A stretch of 64,000 nucleotides of DNA from an uncultured delta proteobacterium (GCA_963715335.1 CAVQRZ010000025.1:1-64000); one strand, 5' to 3'; positions 9,970 through 21,588 are shown, numbered from the stretch's first letter. Program-made: numbers and translations. Notes: generated by a model not told the origin, from the letters alone.

Positions 9970-10779
9970 ATGCTCAACTGGCGCTTGATAAATTCCGGCT
10001 TTCAAACCGGTGCCATGAACATGGCCCTGGACGAAGCCCTTCTGCATGCGGTTGCCAGGGGCAGCTCTTTGCCGGTACTGCGCTTCTACCGTTGGCGGCC
10101 GGCGACAGTGACTCTTGGTTACGCCCAGTCCGTCACTGCGGATATTGACTTGGAGGCCTGTCGCCATGCCGGTCTCGATGTTGTCCGCAGATCGACCGGT
10201 GGCAGGGCTGTGCTGCATGATAACGAGGTTACCTACTCGATAATCGCCCCATCCGTCTCTGGTCTGTTCGGGAATACCGTTCTCGATAGCTATCGTGTTA
10301 TTTCAGAAGTTCTGCAGAAAGCCCTGCATCAACTCGGTTTGCCGGCAAAGCTGGTTCCGGGCCGGTCGCGCGGCGGACAACCAAACGCCACCAAGGCGGT
10401 CTGTTTCTCTGCACCGTCCCAGTACGAGCTGGTGATTGGTGGTCGCAAGGTGGCCGGGAGCGCTCAGAAGCGTCATGGCCAGGCTTTTCTCCAGCATGGT
10501 TCTATCCCTCTCGAAATGAATCTGGAGCTTCTCGGGAAAGTTTTGAAGACCGACGAAAACGCAGAGACGGCAGGCTCCCTCGACAAGGTGGGCTGGTTGA
10601 ACATGTGGGCCAGGCGGCCGCTGTCGATCGCAGAGGTTGAAGCGTGTATCGCCGGGGAATTCTCGAAAGTCATGGGCTCCACGCTGAGGGATTCTGAATT
10701 GACAGACATTGAAGCTGGCGAAGCGGAAAAACTTTGTCATGAAAAGTATGCCAATCCTGACTGGAACATGATGCGCTGA
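9970..10779 (+). CDS. Lipoate-protein ligase A / octanoyltransferase family protein
   Basis: NMALDEALL, LRFYRW, VVRRSTGGRAVLHD, KVAGSAQ, LQHGSI. Confidence 0.9.
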   Translation: MLNWRLINSGFQTGAMNMALDEALLHAVARGSSLPVLRFYRWRPATVTLGYAQSVTADIDLEACRHAGLDVVRRSTGGRAVLHDNEVTYSIIAPSVSGLFGNTVLDSYRVISEVLQKALHQLGLPAKLVPGRSRGGQPNATKAVCFSAPSQYELVIGGRKVAGSAQKRHGQAFLQHGSIPLEMNLELLGKVLKTDENAETAGSLDKVGWLNMWARRPLSIAEVEACIAGEFSKVMGSTLRDSELTDIEAGEAEKLCHEKYANPDWNMMR

Positions 10780-10871
10780 TTGAACTGTTTTGCCAGTGTG
10801 TTTGAACATTGAACAGAGTCTGACTCCCATGCTAGTATGCCTGATCTTAGGGGATTCAAATGGAGGCGGAT

Positions 10872-11282
10872 ATGAAACGCGGAGCAAGTCTAGTCCTGAT
10901 GCTGGTCGTCGCAATTCTCTGTATGGGGATGGGAGGGTTGGGCGGTCAGCCGGAAGGGACTATCCCTGAAACGGATGTCAACATTCAGGCAGAGGTCAAG
11001 GACCGGGACGGCGTTGTCACCACTCTCGAGAAGTTTTCCATGGCCGGTAAAACCTCACTCGACGCCTGGCGGGGGCAGGGCAAGCTGACGATACCATTCA
11101 ACAATATCGATAGGGTCATTTTTGGTGACAACAAGGGTGACGCCGTCATGGTTGACGTCAAACTCAAAACCGGCGAGACCATGATGCTCAGAGTTCGCTC
11201 GCGTACTCAGTTTTACGGCTCTACGGGCTTTGGCGCTTTCCAGATCAAGTCAAAAGATCTTGCCCTGATCAATTTCCCGTGA
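10872..11282 (+). CDS. Exported hypothetical protein
   Basis: GGAGG RBS; basic N-terminus plus hydrophobic signal-like segment; beta-rich mature part. Confidence 0.7.
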   Translation: MKRGASLVLMLVVAILCMGMGGLGGQPEGTIPETDVNIQAEVKDRDGVVTTLEKFSMAGKTSLDAWRGQGKLTIPFNNIDRVIFGDNKGDAVMVDVKLKTGETMMLRVRSRTQFYGSTGFGAFQIKSKDLALINFP

Positions 11283-11364
11283 TGCAAAACAATTCAGCGA
11301 ACAGCTTGATGCGGGGGGTGCTCTCCGCATTTTCCGTGTTCTTCCTTCTGCGCAGCCTCATATC

Positions 11365-12193
11365 ATGACCTTACGCATTGGACGCATTGCCTACCTGAAT
11401 GTAGCGCCCTACTTCCATTATCTTGCTGGAGCAGGGGTTCTCCGGCGAAATCGTAGCCGGAGTCCCCTCTGAATTGAACAGGATGCTGGCCGAGGGCGCG
11501 ATAGATGCCTGCCCTTCATCCTCATACGAGTATGGGCTGCGTGCTGACGACTATCTCTTGTTGCCCGGGCATTCGATCAGCAGCATCGGCCCCGTCCATA
11601 GCGTTTTGCTTTTCACGCCGGGGACTCTCAGCGAGTTGCCCGGGCAGGAAATTGCCATAACCGGAGAGTCCGCGACCTCGATCAACCTTTTGCAGGTCCT
11701 GCTCAAGGAATTCTGCAAAACCGATGATGTGTCCTACAAGGTTCCGGGGCGGGAGGTGGAGGCTTGCCTGCAGGAGGGCCAAAGTGCCCTGTTGATCGGC
11801 GATCGAGCCCTGGCTGCAGCACAGAATTGCCCCCGGGGTTTCAAGATCACCGATCTTGGTGCTCTGTGGTACCATTTTACCGGGCTGCCATTCGTTTTTG
11901 CGCTGTGGATATTGCGCAGGGAAGCGGTCGAAAATGCTCCTGTTGAGGTGAGTGCTCTGGCGGCACAACTCCAGGCATCGCGTGGCTACGCCTTCAAGCA
12001 TTTAGCGGATATGGCTGCCCAGCTTGCCAGCCGCACAGGGTTTTCCGCCGAGCGTCTTGAAGAGTACTGGCGCGGCATGTCCTACGATTTGACTGACGGC
12101 CATGTGGAGGGGTTGCGCTTGTACTTCGCGCTCTGTTACAAACACGGCCTGCTGGAAAGAGAACCCGATTTTCACTTTTTTGCGGCAAGGTAA
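11365..12193 (+). CDS. mqnA: Chorismate dehydratase MqnA (futalosine menaquinone pathway), frameshifted near 11422
   Basis: ATG 11365 gives [19 protein letters not shown]; the rest ([41 protein letters not shown]...LPFVFALW) is in the +1 frame from 11423. Confidence 0.85.
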
Positions 12194-12609
12194 TCGCTGA
12201 TTATTTGTGCGTGGTCGAAGCAGAGTGGGGCGGGCAGGTCATCGACCGGGAAGAGCCGGACATTCTTTGCATCATCGCCGGCTATCGGGGAGCCCGTGGC
12301 CTCAGCGGAAAAAACCATCGATATGTTGTGCTGCCTGGGATCGCGGTCCGGTTTCGAATAGGCCCGGAACTGCTGCAAGTTGCTGACCTTGAGGCCGGTT
12401 TCCTCCAGGGCCTCGCGCATGGCGGCGTCTTCCAGCGATTCACCATAGTCGACAAAGCCGCCCGGCAGTGCCCAACCGCGGGGTGGGTTCCGACGCTCTA
12501 TCAGGACGATGTCACCACCGATCTGGATAATAATATCGACAGTCGGAAAGGGGTTGCGGTAGCGAGGCGTTGCTTTGCCGCAATGCGGGCAGGTCGCGTA
12601 GGTCTGCAT
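12172..12609 (-). CDS. NUDIX hydrolase
   Basis: CPHCG...RNPFPTVD; Nudix box [24 protein letters not shown]. Confidence 0.93.
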   Translation of the reverse strand: MQTYATCPHCGKATPRYRNPFPTVDIIIQIGGDIVLIERRNPPRGWALPGGFVDYGESLEDAAMREALEETGLKVSNLQQFRAYSKPDRDPRQHNISMVFSAEATGSPIAGDDAKNVRLFPVDDLPAPLCFDHAQIISDYLAAKK

Positions 12610-12623
12610 GGAAAATCCTCCGG

Positions 12624-12654
12624 TTGACACTTTGTTCCGAATTGCATTAATAAT
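12624..12654 (+). promoter_or_regulatory. Sigma70-like promoter for tRNA-Leu
   Basis: TTGACA at 12624 followed ~18 nt later by TAATAAT. Confidence 0.45.
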
Positions 12655-12674
12655 AGCCGAACTTTAATCATTTT

Positions 12675-12761
12675 GCCCGGGTGGCGGAACTGGTAGACGC
12701 AAGGGACTTAAAATCCCTCGGGAGCAATCCTGTACGAGTTCGATTCTCGTCCCGGGTACCA
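12675..12761 (+). tRNA. tRNA-Leu (anticodon UAA)
   Basis: GCCCGGG/CCCGGGT acceptor stem, D-loop GGAACTGGTAGAC, anticodon arm AGGGA-CTTAAAA-TCCCT, long variable arm, GTTCGATTC T-loop, 3' ACCA. Confidence 0.97.
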
Positions 12762-12766
12762 TAGCG

Positions 12767-12809
12767 GCGGGGGTTCAAGAGGTCTTTTATCTTGAGCCCC
12801 CGCTTTTTT
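12767..12809 (+). terminator. Intrinsic terminator after tRNA-Leu
   Basis: GCGGGGGTTCAAGA...TCTTGAGCCCCCGC followed by T6. Confidence 0.85.
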
Positions 12810-12847
12810 ACCTTTATTGTTGAATCCCTGTCCACATTCTCAAAAAA

Positions 12848-12861
12848 TTGGTCATGACTAA
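12848..12861. promoter_or_regulatory. Candidate operator palindrome upstream of the MoaD-AOR-ALDH cassette
   Basis: TTGGTCATGACTAA, a near-perfect 14-bp dyad in AT-rich flanks. Confidence 0.35.
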
Positions 12862-12975
12862 AGGATTTTTTTGCCGTCTGCCTGCTCTGCTGTTATCCTA
12901 TGCCATGAATGTCTGCTGCTGACTGGAAATGCGCGTTCATGGGCAATGTCGCCGATGCATGTTACGGGTTCCCGG

Positions 12976-13200
12976 GTGAGAATAACAGTCAAGCTTTACG
13001 CTGTATTGCAGATTGGGCGGTTCAGGGAGAAAGCGCTGGATTTCCCGGTCGGTGCAAAAGTCATCGATGTCGTCAACGGCCTGGAACTGCCGTCCGAGCA
13101 TGTCGACATCCTGCTTGTAAACGGCCGTCATGTTGACAGGGAAGCCCTGCTGCAGGATGGAGATATTTTATCTCTGTTGCCGATGGTTGAAGGTGGTTGA
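12976..13200 (+). CDS. MoaD/ThiS family sulfur-carrier protein
   Basis: (M)RITVKLYA..LVNG...LQDGDILSLLPMVEGG with C-terminal GG; GTG 12976 chosen as start. Confidence 0.9.
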   Translation: MRITVKLYAVLQIGRFREKALDFPVGAKVIDVVNGLELPSEHVDILLVNGRHVDREALLQDGDILSLLPMVEGG

Positions 13201-13240
13201 ACGGCTTTTAAGGCCCTGGAACTGAACAGGAGAGAGTATC

Positions 13241-15076
13241 GTGCGTTTCTTGACAGACAATCCTGCGTCAGAGCCGAGTTCGGTTCTCTACACGCGCTGT
13301 ACGGTGGATCTGGAAAGCGGCGTTCTGCAAATGGAAGACGTCCCCTGCCGAAACCTGGAAGACGTCCTCGGCGGGTTCGGTAGGTCCTTCCAGATGCTTG
13401 CTGAACGGCAGATTCAGAACGCGTATGTTGATGAGAATCCCCTGATTATCAATGTCGGCTTATTGACCGGCAGCCACGCCATGACCGGCATGCGCACCTA
13501 TTTTTCAGGCTACAGCCCGATCAAGGAATCAAAACAAGGCCTGCCGGCGGCGATGTGGTCTGCGGGGAGCGGCAAGTTCGGCGCCAAGCTGAGATGGACC
13601 GGACTCGATGAACTGGTGATAGAACATCGCTCGGCCCTGCCGATCTATATCGTCATCCGCGAAACCGGAAATGGCCCGGAGGTAACGCTGAAGCCGGCCG
13701 ACCACCTGCTTGGCCTGACCACCCACGAAAAGATCATGGCGCTGCAGGGGCAATACGGTGATGCCCATTTTGCCGCGATCGGCCCTGCGGGTGAAAACTG
13801 GCAGAACGTTTATGCCGGGGCGGTGGCGCTGAGTACGGAAAACCAGCTTAAATCGAAACAGGATAAAGTCCGTTTTGCCGGACGGGGCGGGATGGGCAGC
13901 CTGATGGGTTACAAGAATGTGCTCGCCCTGGTCGCACAGAGCAGCGACAAACTCGGCAGCACCCCGGAACCGGTCAAAAAAGCCAACATCAATGTCATCA
14001 AGGGCGGCGGCTCGGCCCGTCTGCAGCCGATCAAGCGTGGCGGCGGGGGCGGCACATGGGCCGCTTACGACGTCCTTCAGGCGTTTCACGCCGTACCCGT
14101 CAACAACTTCCGCCCGCAGGGCAATGATCTGCCGGAGCGATTGTTCAGGACCCGGGTCGAGCAGGACTATGAGATCAAGTCCGAGGCCTGCTTTCGTTGC
14201 GGCATCACCTGTCACAACAATATCCATGAGCGCAACGCTGATGGCAGCGCCGGGAAGTTCCTCGCCAAGTTCGATTACGAGCCGCTTAACCTGCTCGGGA
14301 CCAACCTCGGCCTGCACGACGCCGCACAGGCGGCCGCCCTGATTCATCTTTGCGACAATTACGGCATGGACGCGATTACCACCGGGGTAACGGTTTCCTA
14401 TGTTCTCTCCTATAATCAAAGACATCCCGCAAAACCTCTGCTCAACGGCGCCACTTTCGGCGACTTCGACAAGATCCACGACCTGGTCAAACGGGCGGGC
14501 CTGGGTCAGCTCGCCGAGATCGGCCATGGTGTAAAACGGCTCTCGGAGAGTACGGGTGAAACCGATTACGCCTATCATGTCAAGGGTTTGGAGCTGCCTG
14601 CCTACCAACCGGAAACCAACCCCGGCTACGCCTGGGCGATTGCCGGGGGACACATGTCGATGGGGACTTACGGTATGCTGGCCCGTGAAGGCAAGACCGA
14701 CCTCGATTCCTGGGTCGCCGCCATCACCCGTGACAAATTGCAGATCGTTGGCTTCGACATGATCGGTCTCTGCAAGTTTTTCGATATCGTCAACGGCATC
14801 GGCACCGACATGGTGGTTGATTGCCTTGATGCGGAACATGGCCTCAAGGTGACGAAGGAAGAGTTGCGGGATGCGGTAAAAAGAGCTTTTCTGCGTGGCC
14901 TGGCCCTTGAACTGCGGCAAGGTTACGGCAAGGAAGAGTATCGCCTGCCGGCGGAAGTGACGGCGAACCCGAACCGGAAGATTACCCTGCCTGAGTTGAC
15001 CACTCCGGAATTCCTGGTGGAACTGGAGAAGCGGGTCTGGGAAGTCTTCGATCGTGAACTGCAGGAACTGATATAA
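13241..15076 (+). CDS. Aldehyde:ferredoxin oxidoreductase (AOR, W/Mo-pterin) family protein
   Basis: AIGPAGEN, FAGRGGMGSLMGYKN, CFRCGITC, LCDNYGMDAITTG, VKGLELPAY, GLCKF. Confidence 0.88.
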   Translation: MRFLTDNPASEPSSVLYTRCTVDLESGVLQMEDVPCRNLEDVLGGFGRSFQMLAERQIQNAYVDENPLIINVGLLTGSHAMTGMRTYFSGYSPIKESKQGLPAAMWSAGSGKFGAKLRWTGLDELVIEHRSALPIYIVIRETGNGPEVTLKPADHLLGLTTHEKIMALQGQYGDAHFAAIGPAGENWQNVYAGAVALSTENQLKSKQDKVRFAGRGGMGSLMGYKNVLALVAQSSDKLGSTPEPVKKANINVIKGGGSARLQPIKRGGGGGTWAAYDVLQAFHAVPVNNFRPQGNDLPERLFRTRVEQDYEIKSEACFRCGITCHNNIHERNADGSAGKFLAKFDYEPLNLLGTNLGLHDAAQAAALIHLCDNYGMDAITTGVTVSYVLSYNQRHPAKPLLNGATFGDFDKIHDLVKRAGLGQLAEIGHGVKRLSESTGETDYAYHVKGLELPAYQPETNPGYAWAIAGGHMSMGTYGMLAREGKTDLDSWVAAITRDKLQIVGFDMIGLCKFFDIVNGIGTDMVVDCLDAEHGLKVTKEELRDAVKRAFLRGLALELRQGYGKEEYRLPAEVTANPNRKITLPELTTPEFLVELEKRVWEVFDRELQELI

Positions 15077-15123
15077 GCCGGCCATCTGTAGATGAGCTTA
15101 ATCCGCGGTTGTGAGGTGTCGAC

Positions 15124-16710
15124 TTGGGCCTGAAGGGCATGCAAATTATATCGTCAGAATTTCGTGCCTCCGGCGACCGGGGCTTTGCCGCCGTAGACCC
15201 TGCGACCGGAGCTCGCCTCGAGCCGCGATTCAGAGAGGCTACCCCTGATGACATCGACGATGCGGCAAATGCTGCTGCGGACTCCTTCGATCGGTACCGC
15301 ACCCTGCCAATGGAGCAGCGTGCGGCATTCCTGGAGGACATCGGCAAACAGTTGAATGCCTGTGCCCCGGAGCTGATTGCCCGGGCCCACGCTGAGACAG
15401 CGCTCCCCGTAGCGAGGCTTGAAGGGGAACTGGCCAGAACCATCAACCAGCTGAACCTCTTTGCCCGGATGGTTTTACATGGCTCATTTGTTGAAGCCCG
15501 GATTGACAGTGCGATCCCGGCGCGGACCCCTGTACCCAAACCTGATATCCGCACCATGCTCGTCCCGCTTGGCCCGGTTGCAGTGTTCGGTGCCAGCAAT
15601 TTCCCGCTGGCATTCTCCGTTGCCGGGGGCGATACGGCCTCCGCGCTGGCGGCAGGCTGTCCGGTTGTGGTCAAAGGGCATCCCGCGCACCCGGGGACCT
15701 GCGAACTTGCGGGTCAGGCCGTCGCCAACGCGGTCAGGAAGAACCGGATCCCTCCCGGTGTTTTCTCCATGCTGCACGCCGAGGGTTTCGATATGGGTGC
15801 TGCAATTATAACTCATCCGATGATCAGGGCTGTTGCCTTTACCGGATCGCTGTCCGGTGGTAGAGCGCTTTTTGATCTTGGCTGCTCCCGGCCTGAGCCG
15901 ATCCCGGTCTTTGCCGAAATGGGCAGCACCAACCCGGTCTTCGTACTGCCCGGGGTGTTGATTGACCGTGGGGCGTCGCTGGCAGAGGGGTTGGTCGAAT
16001 CGATGGCTCTGGGCGTCGGCCAGTTCTGCACCTCCCCGGGCCTGATCGTGGTGATCAGGTGCGACGCTCTGGATCGATTCCTGGACAGTCTCGAAAGCTA
16101 TGTCGAAGCAAGGCCGCCAGAGATCATGCTCCACAAAACGATTAAGAAGAACTTCCTGAATGGGCTGAACGGCTTGCAGAAGATTGACGGCGTCTCGCGT
16201 CTTAATAGCGCGCGACCCCTCCCGGCAGGCTGCAAGGTCTCCCCAGCCTTGCTGCGAACCGATGCACAGACTCTGTTCGACAACCCGGAAATTGCCATGG
16301 AGGTTTTCGGCCCTGTCGCAATGGTTGTAGTTTGTGATTCTGGAGACGAGCTGTTCGCCGTGGCGGAGAACCTGACCGGGCAATTGACAGCCAGCGTGCA
16401 TGGAACGGGAGAAGACTTGCACAGCTTCCGCAAGCTCTTCGGCATCCTCGAACGCAAGGCCGGTCGGCTGCTTGTCAACGGCTTTCCAACCGGGGTCGAG
16501 GTTTGTCCGGCAATGCATCACGGCGGTCCTTACCCTGCGACAACTGACAGCAGAAGTACTTCGGTTGGTACCGCTGCGGTCAGAAGATTTCTGCGCCCGG
16601 TCGCTTACCAGGGCTTTCCGCAATCGCTTCTGCCTGATCCCTTACGAGACCTGAACAGCGGGAAAATCTGGCGCATGGTCGATGGCGACATGAGTTGCGA
16701 TGACCTGTGA
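15124..16710 (+). CDS. NAD(P)+-dependent aldehyde dehydrogenase, KGSADH-like subfamily
   Basis: VFGASNFPLAFSVAGGDTASALAAGCPVVVKGHPAHP, FAEMGSTNP, GVGQFCTSPG, NGFPTGVEV, HGGPYPATTD; TTG start after GAGG. Confidence 0.9.
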   Translation: MGLKGMQIISSEFRASGDRGFAAVDPATGARLEPRFREATPDDIDDAANAAADSFDRYRTLPMEQRAAFLEDIGKQLNACAPELIARAHAETALPVARLEGELARTINQLNLFARMVLHGSFVEARIDSAIPARTPVPKPDIRTMLVPLGPVAVFGASNFPLAFSVAGGDTASALAAGCPVVVKGHPAHPGTCELAGQAVANAVRKNRIPPGVFSMLHAEGFDMGAAIITHPMIRAVAFTGSLSGGRALFDLGCSRPEPIPVFAEMGSTNPVFVLPGVLIDRGASLAEGLVESMALGVGQFCTSPGLIVVIRCDALDRFLDSLESYVEARPPEIMLHKTIKKNFLNGLNGLQKIDGVSRLNSARPLPAGCKVSPALLRTDAQTLFDNPEIAMEVFGPVAMVVVCDSGDELFAVAENLTGQLTASVHGTGEDLHSFRKLFGILERKAGRLLVNGFPTGVEVCPAMHHGGPYPATTDSRSTSVGTAAVRRFLRPVAYQGFPQSLLPDPLRDLNSGKIWRMVDGDMSCDDL

Positions 16711-16800
16711 ACTCCCTGGCAGATAATATGTTTTGCACCGTGTAACCATCTTTGACACTCCGATCCGGCACGGATTCAAGGGTGACTCAGGAGTCAGATA

Positions 16801-17547
16801 ATGGGTGTAACTGTCATAATTCCGGCGCGCTATGCGTCTACCCGATTCCCCGGCAAGCCGCTGGCCGACCTATGCGGCAAGCCGATGATCCAGTGGGTCT
16901 GCGAGCGTTCTTCCCTCTGCGCGGCCGTCGATCGGGTGATTGTCGCCACCGATGATCAACGAATTGCCGATGCCGTAAGGGCTTTCGGTGGTGAGGTTGT
17001 GATGACACGCGCCGATCACGCCACCGGTACCGATCGCCTCGCCGAGGTTGCCGAAAGTCTTGACGATGAACTGATTGTCAATGTCCAGGGCGACGAACCT
17101 CTGATCGATCCGGCAATGATAGAGGCGGCCGTTGCACCCCTGTTGGCTGACAGCACCATTCCCATGGGCACGCTTGGAACGCCGCTGACCTCGCTGGCAG
17201 AGTTCCGCAACCCGAATGTTGTCAAGGTCGTCACCGATCGGGCAGGCTTTGCCCTGTATTTCTCCCGCGCGCCGATCCCTTATCACCGGGCTTTCGCGGA
17301 GAATCTGGAGCAACGCTGGTCTGAACTGGCTACGGCCAAACATGTTGGCCTGTATGTTTACCGGCGCAGCTTTTTGCTGGATTATCCTAACCTGTCAGCG
17401 ACGCCACTCGAGGGACAGGAATGCCTGGAGCAGTTGCGTGCCCTTGAGCATGGCTACCGTATCCGGGTGGCGACAACCGACCTGGTCGGCCAAGGGGTCG
17501 ACACGCCAGAGGACCTGGAACGTGTCCGGGCTCTGCTGAGCCTCTGA
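16801..17547 (+). CDS. kdsB: 3-deoxy-manno-octulosonate cytidylyltransferase
   Basis: IIPARYASTRFPGKPL, TGTDR, VNVQGDEP, LEQLRALE. Confidence 0.97.
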   Translation: MGVTVIIPARYASTRFPGKPLADLCGKPMIQWVCERSSLCAAVDRVIVATDDQRIADAVRAFGGEVVMTRADHATGTDRLAEVAESLDDELIVNVQGDEPLIDPAMIEAAVAPLLADSTIPMGTLGTPLTSLAEFRNPNVVKVVTDRAGFALYFSRAPIPYHRAFAENLEQRWSELATAKHVGLYVYRRSFLLDYPNLSATPLEGQECLEQLRALEHGYRIRVATTDLVGQGVDTPEDLERVRALLSL

Positions 17548-17616
17548 CGATGGCATGAGCGTCCGGTAATAAGGGGTTTTCATTTATGCTCCGGGAGTGT
17601 AAAATCCGGAGCTTGA

Positions 17617-19271
<1,655 letters not shown>

Positions 19272-19272
<1 letters not shown>

Positions 19273-20087
19273 TGAAAAGTCTCACTGTCGGCCCGGTCTC
19301 ATTCGGTGGAGAAAACCCTCTGGTGCTGATCGCAGGTCCATGCGTTTTGGAAAGTCAGGAGCATGCCCTGATCCTCGCTGAGGCCTTGCAGAAGATTGCC
19401 GCTCGGGTCGGTGTTGGCCTGGTGTTCAAGGCTTCCTATGACAAAGCCAACCGTACTTCGGTGACATCTTACCGTGGCCCAGGTCTGGACAAGGGCTTGC
19501 GGATACTGCAAACCGTCAAGGAGAAGACCGGCCTGCCGATTCTGTCCGACATTCATGATGTCTCCCAGGTTCGTCCTGCCGCGGAAGTCCTTGATATTCT
19601 CCAGATCCCGGCCTTCCTCTCGCGGCAGACTGACCTGCTGGTCGCTGCCGGTGAAACGGACAGAGTCGTCAATATCAAGAAAGGACAATTCCAGGCGCCC
19701 TGGGATATTGAAAATGCCATCGGCAAAGTCCTTTCGACGGGGAATGATCGGATTCTTCTGACCGAACGCGGGTCGAGTTTCGGTTACAATAACCTGGTGA
19801 GCGATATGCGCTCGCTGGTCATTATGCGCCAGACCGGTTACCCGGTTGTTTTTGACGCCACGCATTCTGTGCAGTTGCCGGGTGGTGCCGGTCCTACCTC
19901 GTCCGGACAACGCGAATTTGTCGCGCCCCTGTCCCGTGCGGCAGTGGCAACCGGCGTGGATGCCCTGTTCTGGGAGGTCCACGAAAATCCCGCAAAGGCC
20001 CTCTGTGACGGGCCGAACAGCCTGCCGCTCGATTCAGTCGAAGCACTTCTCGGGCAGATGCTCGCTCTTGACCAGATCGTCAGGTGA
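19272..20087 (+). CDS. kdsA: KDO 8-phosphate synthase
   Basis: IAGPCVLE, FKASYDKANRTS, QIPAFLSRQTDL, FDATHSVQ. Confidence 0.98.
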
Positions 20088-21070
20088 ACATGAACAATAC
20101 TAGTGAAATTCTGGACTCCGCCCGCAAAGTAATCAGAATCGAGGCCGAAGCCGTGGAAGCTTTGGCGGCCCGCCTTGATGAACGCTTCGCCAAAGCTGTG
20201 TTGATGATCATGGAGTGCTCCGGCCGGGTTGTCGTGACCGGTATGGGCAAGTCCGGCCTGATCTGTCAGAAAATGGCTGCGACCATGGCTTCAACCGGGA
20301 CCCCGGCTATTTTTCTGCACCCAGCCGAAGGTGTGCATGGCGACCTTGGTATGCTGATGAGGGGAGATGTCGTGATTGCCGTCTCCAACTCGGGTGAGAC
20401 GGAGGAGATCACGCGTATTCTGCCGATCATCAAACGCATGGGATTGCCTTTGATTGCGATGGCCGGGAGCCAGGGCAGCACCCTTGGCAAAGCCGGCGAT
20501 GTTTTCCTGGATATCTCCATCAAGGAAGAGGCGTGTCCGCTACAACTGGCCCCGACGGCGAGCACTACGGTCACTCTGGCCATGGGCGATGCGCTGGCTG
20601 TTGCTCTGCTCTTGCAGAGGGGCTTCCGTGAAGAGGATTTCGCCCTCTATCATCCCGGCGGCGCCCTGGGTAAACGCCTGCTGTTGCGGGTTGAAGACCT
20701 GATGCATATCGGTGGCGATATCCCGACGGTCAAGATGAATACGCCGCTCAAGGATGCCCTCTACGAAATCTCCAGCAAGAAGTTGGGCATTACCGGTATT
20801 GTCGATGAACATGGGACGCTGCTCGGCGTTTTTACTGACGGTGATTTGCGACGTACGATCGAACAGGGGATCGAAGTGCTGAATAAACCGATCTGTGAAA
20901 TTATGGGCGGCAAACCGAAACGGATTTTACGGACCAACCTGGCAGCGAAAGCGTTGCAGCGCATGGAGGAGTACAAGATTACGTCGCTGTTTGTTTTCGA
21001 AACGGAAGAAGACCAGGTCCCGGTCGGGATTATCCATCTGCATGATTTGCTCAAGGCCGGGGTGATCTGA
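20084..21070 (+). CDS. kdsD: Arabinose-5-phosphate isomerase (KpsF/GutQ)
   Basis: SIS domain (GMGKSG, HGDLG) plus tandem CBS domains. Confidence 0.95.
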   Translation: MNMNNTSEILDSARKVIRIEAEAVEALAARLDERFAKAVLMIMECSGRVVVTGMGKSGLICQKMAATMASTGTPAIFLHPAEGVHGDLGMLMRGDVVIAVSNSGETEEITRILPIIKRMGLPLIAMAGSQGSTLGKAGDVFLDISIKEEACPLQLAPTASTTVTLAMGDALAVALLLQRGFREEDFALYHPGGALGKRLLLRVEDLMHIGGDIPTVKMNTPLKDALYEISSKKLGITGIVDEHGTLLGVFTDGDLRRTIEQGIEVLNKPICEIMGGKPKRILRTNLAAKALQRMEEYKITSLFVFETEEDQVPVGIIHLHDLLKAGVI

Positions 21071-21588
21071 TGACCGACGGCCTGGACAGAATCAAGCTGC
21101 TGTTGCTGGATGTCGATGGCGTCATGACCGATGGCCGCATTATTTACGTTAACGGCGGTGGTGAAGCCAAGGCTTTTGATGTCAAGGACGGTCACGGTCT
21201 GAAACTGATCCAACGTGCCGGAATTCAGGTCGGGATTATCACCGGTCGCCAATCAGATGTTGTCACACGTCGGGCTGCAGAGTTGGGCATCGAACTGGTC
21301 TACCAGGGGGTCAAGGACAAGCGGCTACCATTCAGGGAGATTCTTGAAAAACTTGGGCTGGAGCCTTTAGAGGTTGCTTATCTCGGCGATGATTTGGTTG
21401 ACCTGCCGGTTATGCGACAGGTCGGCTTTTCAGCAACTGTGGCCGATGCGGTTGACGATATCAAGCCCTATGTTGACTTCGTCACCAGCAGGCCCGGGGG
21501 GCGGGGAGCAGTAAGGGAAATCTGTGATCTCCTGCTCAAGGAATCCGGTCGCTGGGCGTCCGTTACCAACCGTTATTTCGAAGATTGA
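21070..21588 (+). CDS. kdsC: KDO 8-phosphate phosphatase
   Basis: LLDVDGVMTDG HAD motif, GDDLVD, GGRGAVRE. Confidence 0.95.
   Translation: MTDGLDRIKLLLLDVDGVMTDGRIIYVNGGGEAKAFDVKDGHGLKLIQRAGIQVGIITGRQSDVVTRRAAELGIELVYQGVKDKRLPFREILEKLGLEPLEVAYLGDDLVDLPVMRQVGFSATVADAVDDIKPYVDFVTSRPGGRGAVREICDLLLKESGRWASVTNRYFED

Noticed and set aside
13529..15085. 518-aa antisense ORF opposite the AOR gene (similar ones at 8009-9097, 15484-16623, 18148-19038, 36539-37510, 56377-57189)
   Set aside because: Shadow ORFs expected from codon bias in GC-rich genes; no motifs or RBS, and each overlaps a well-supported gene
12675..16800. Integrative element at tRNA-Leu
   Set aside because: No integrase or transposase, and I found no repeat of the tRNA 3' end before kdsB
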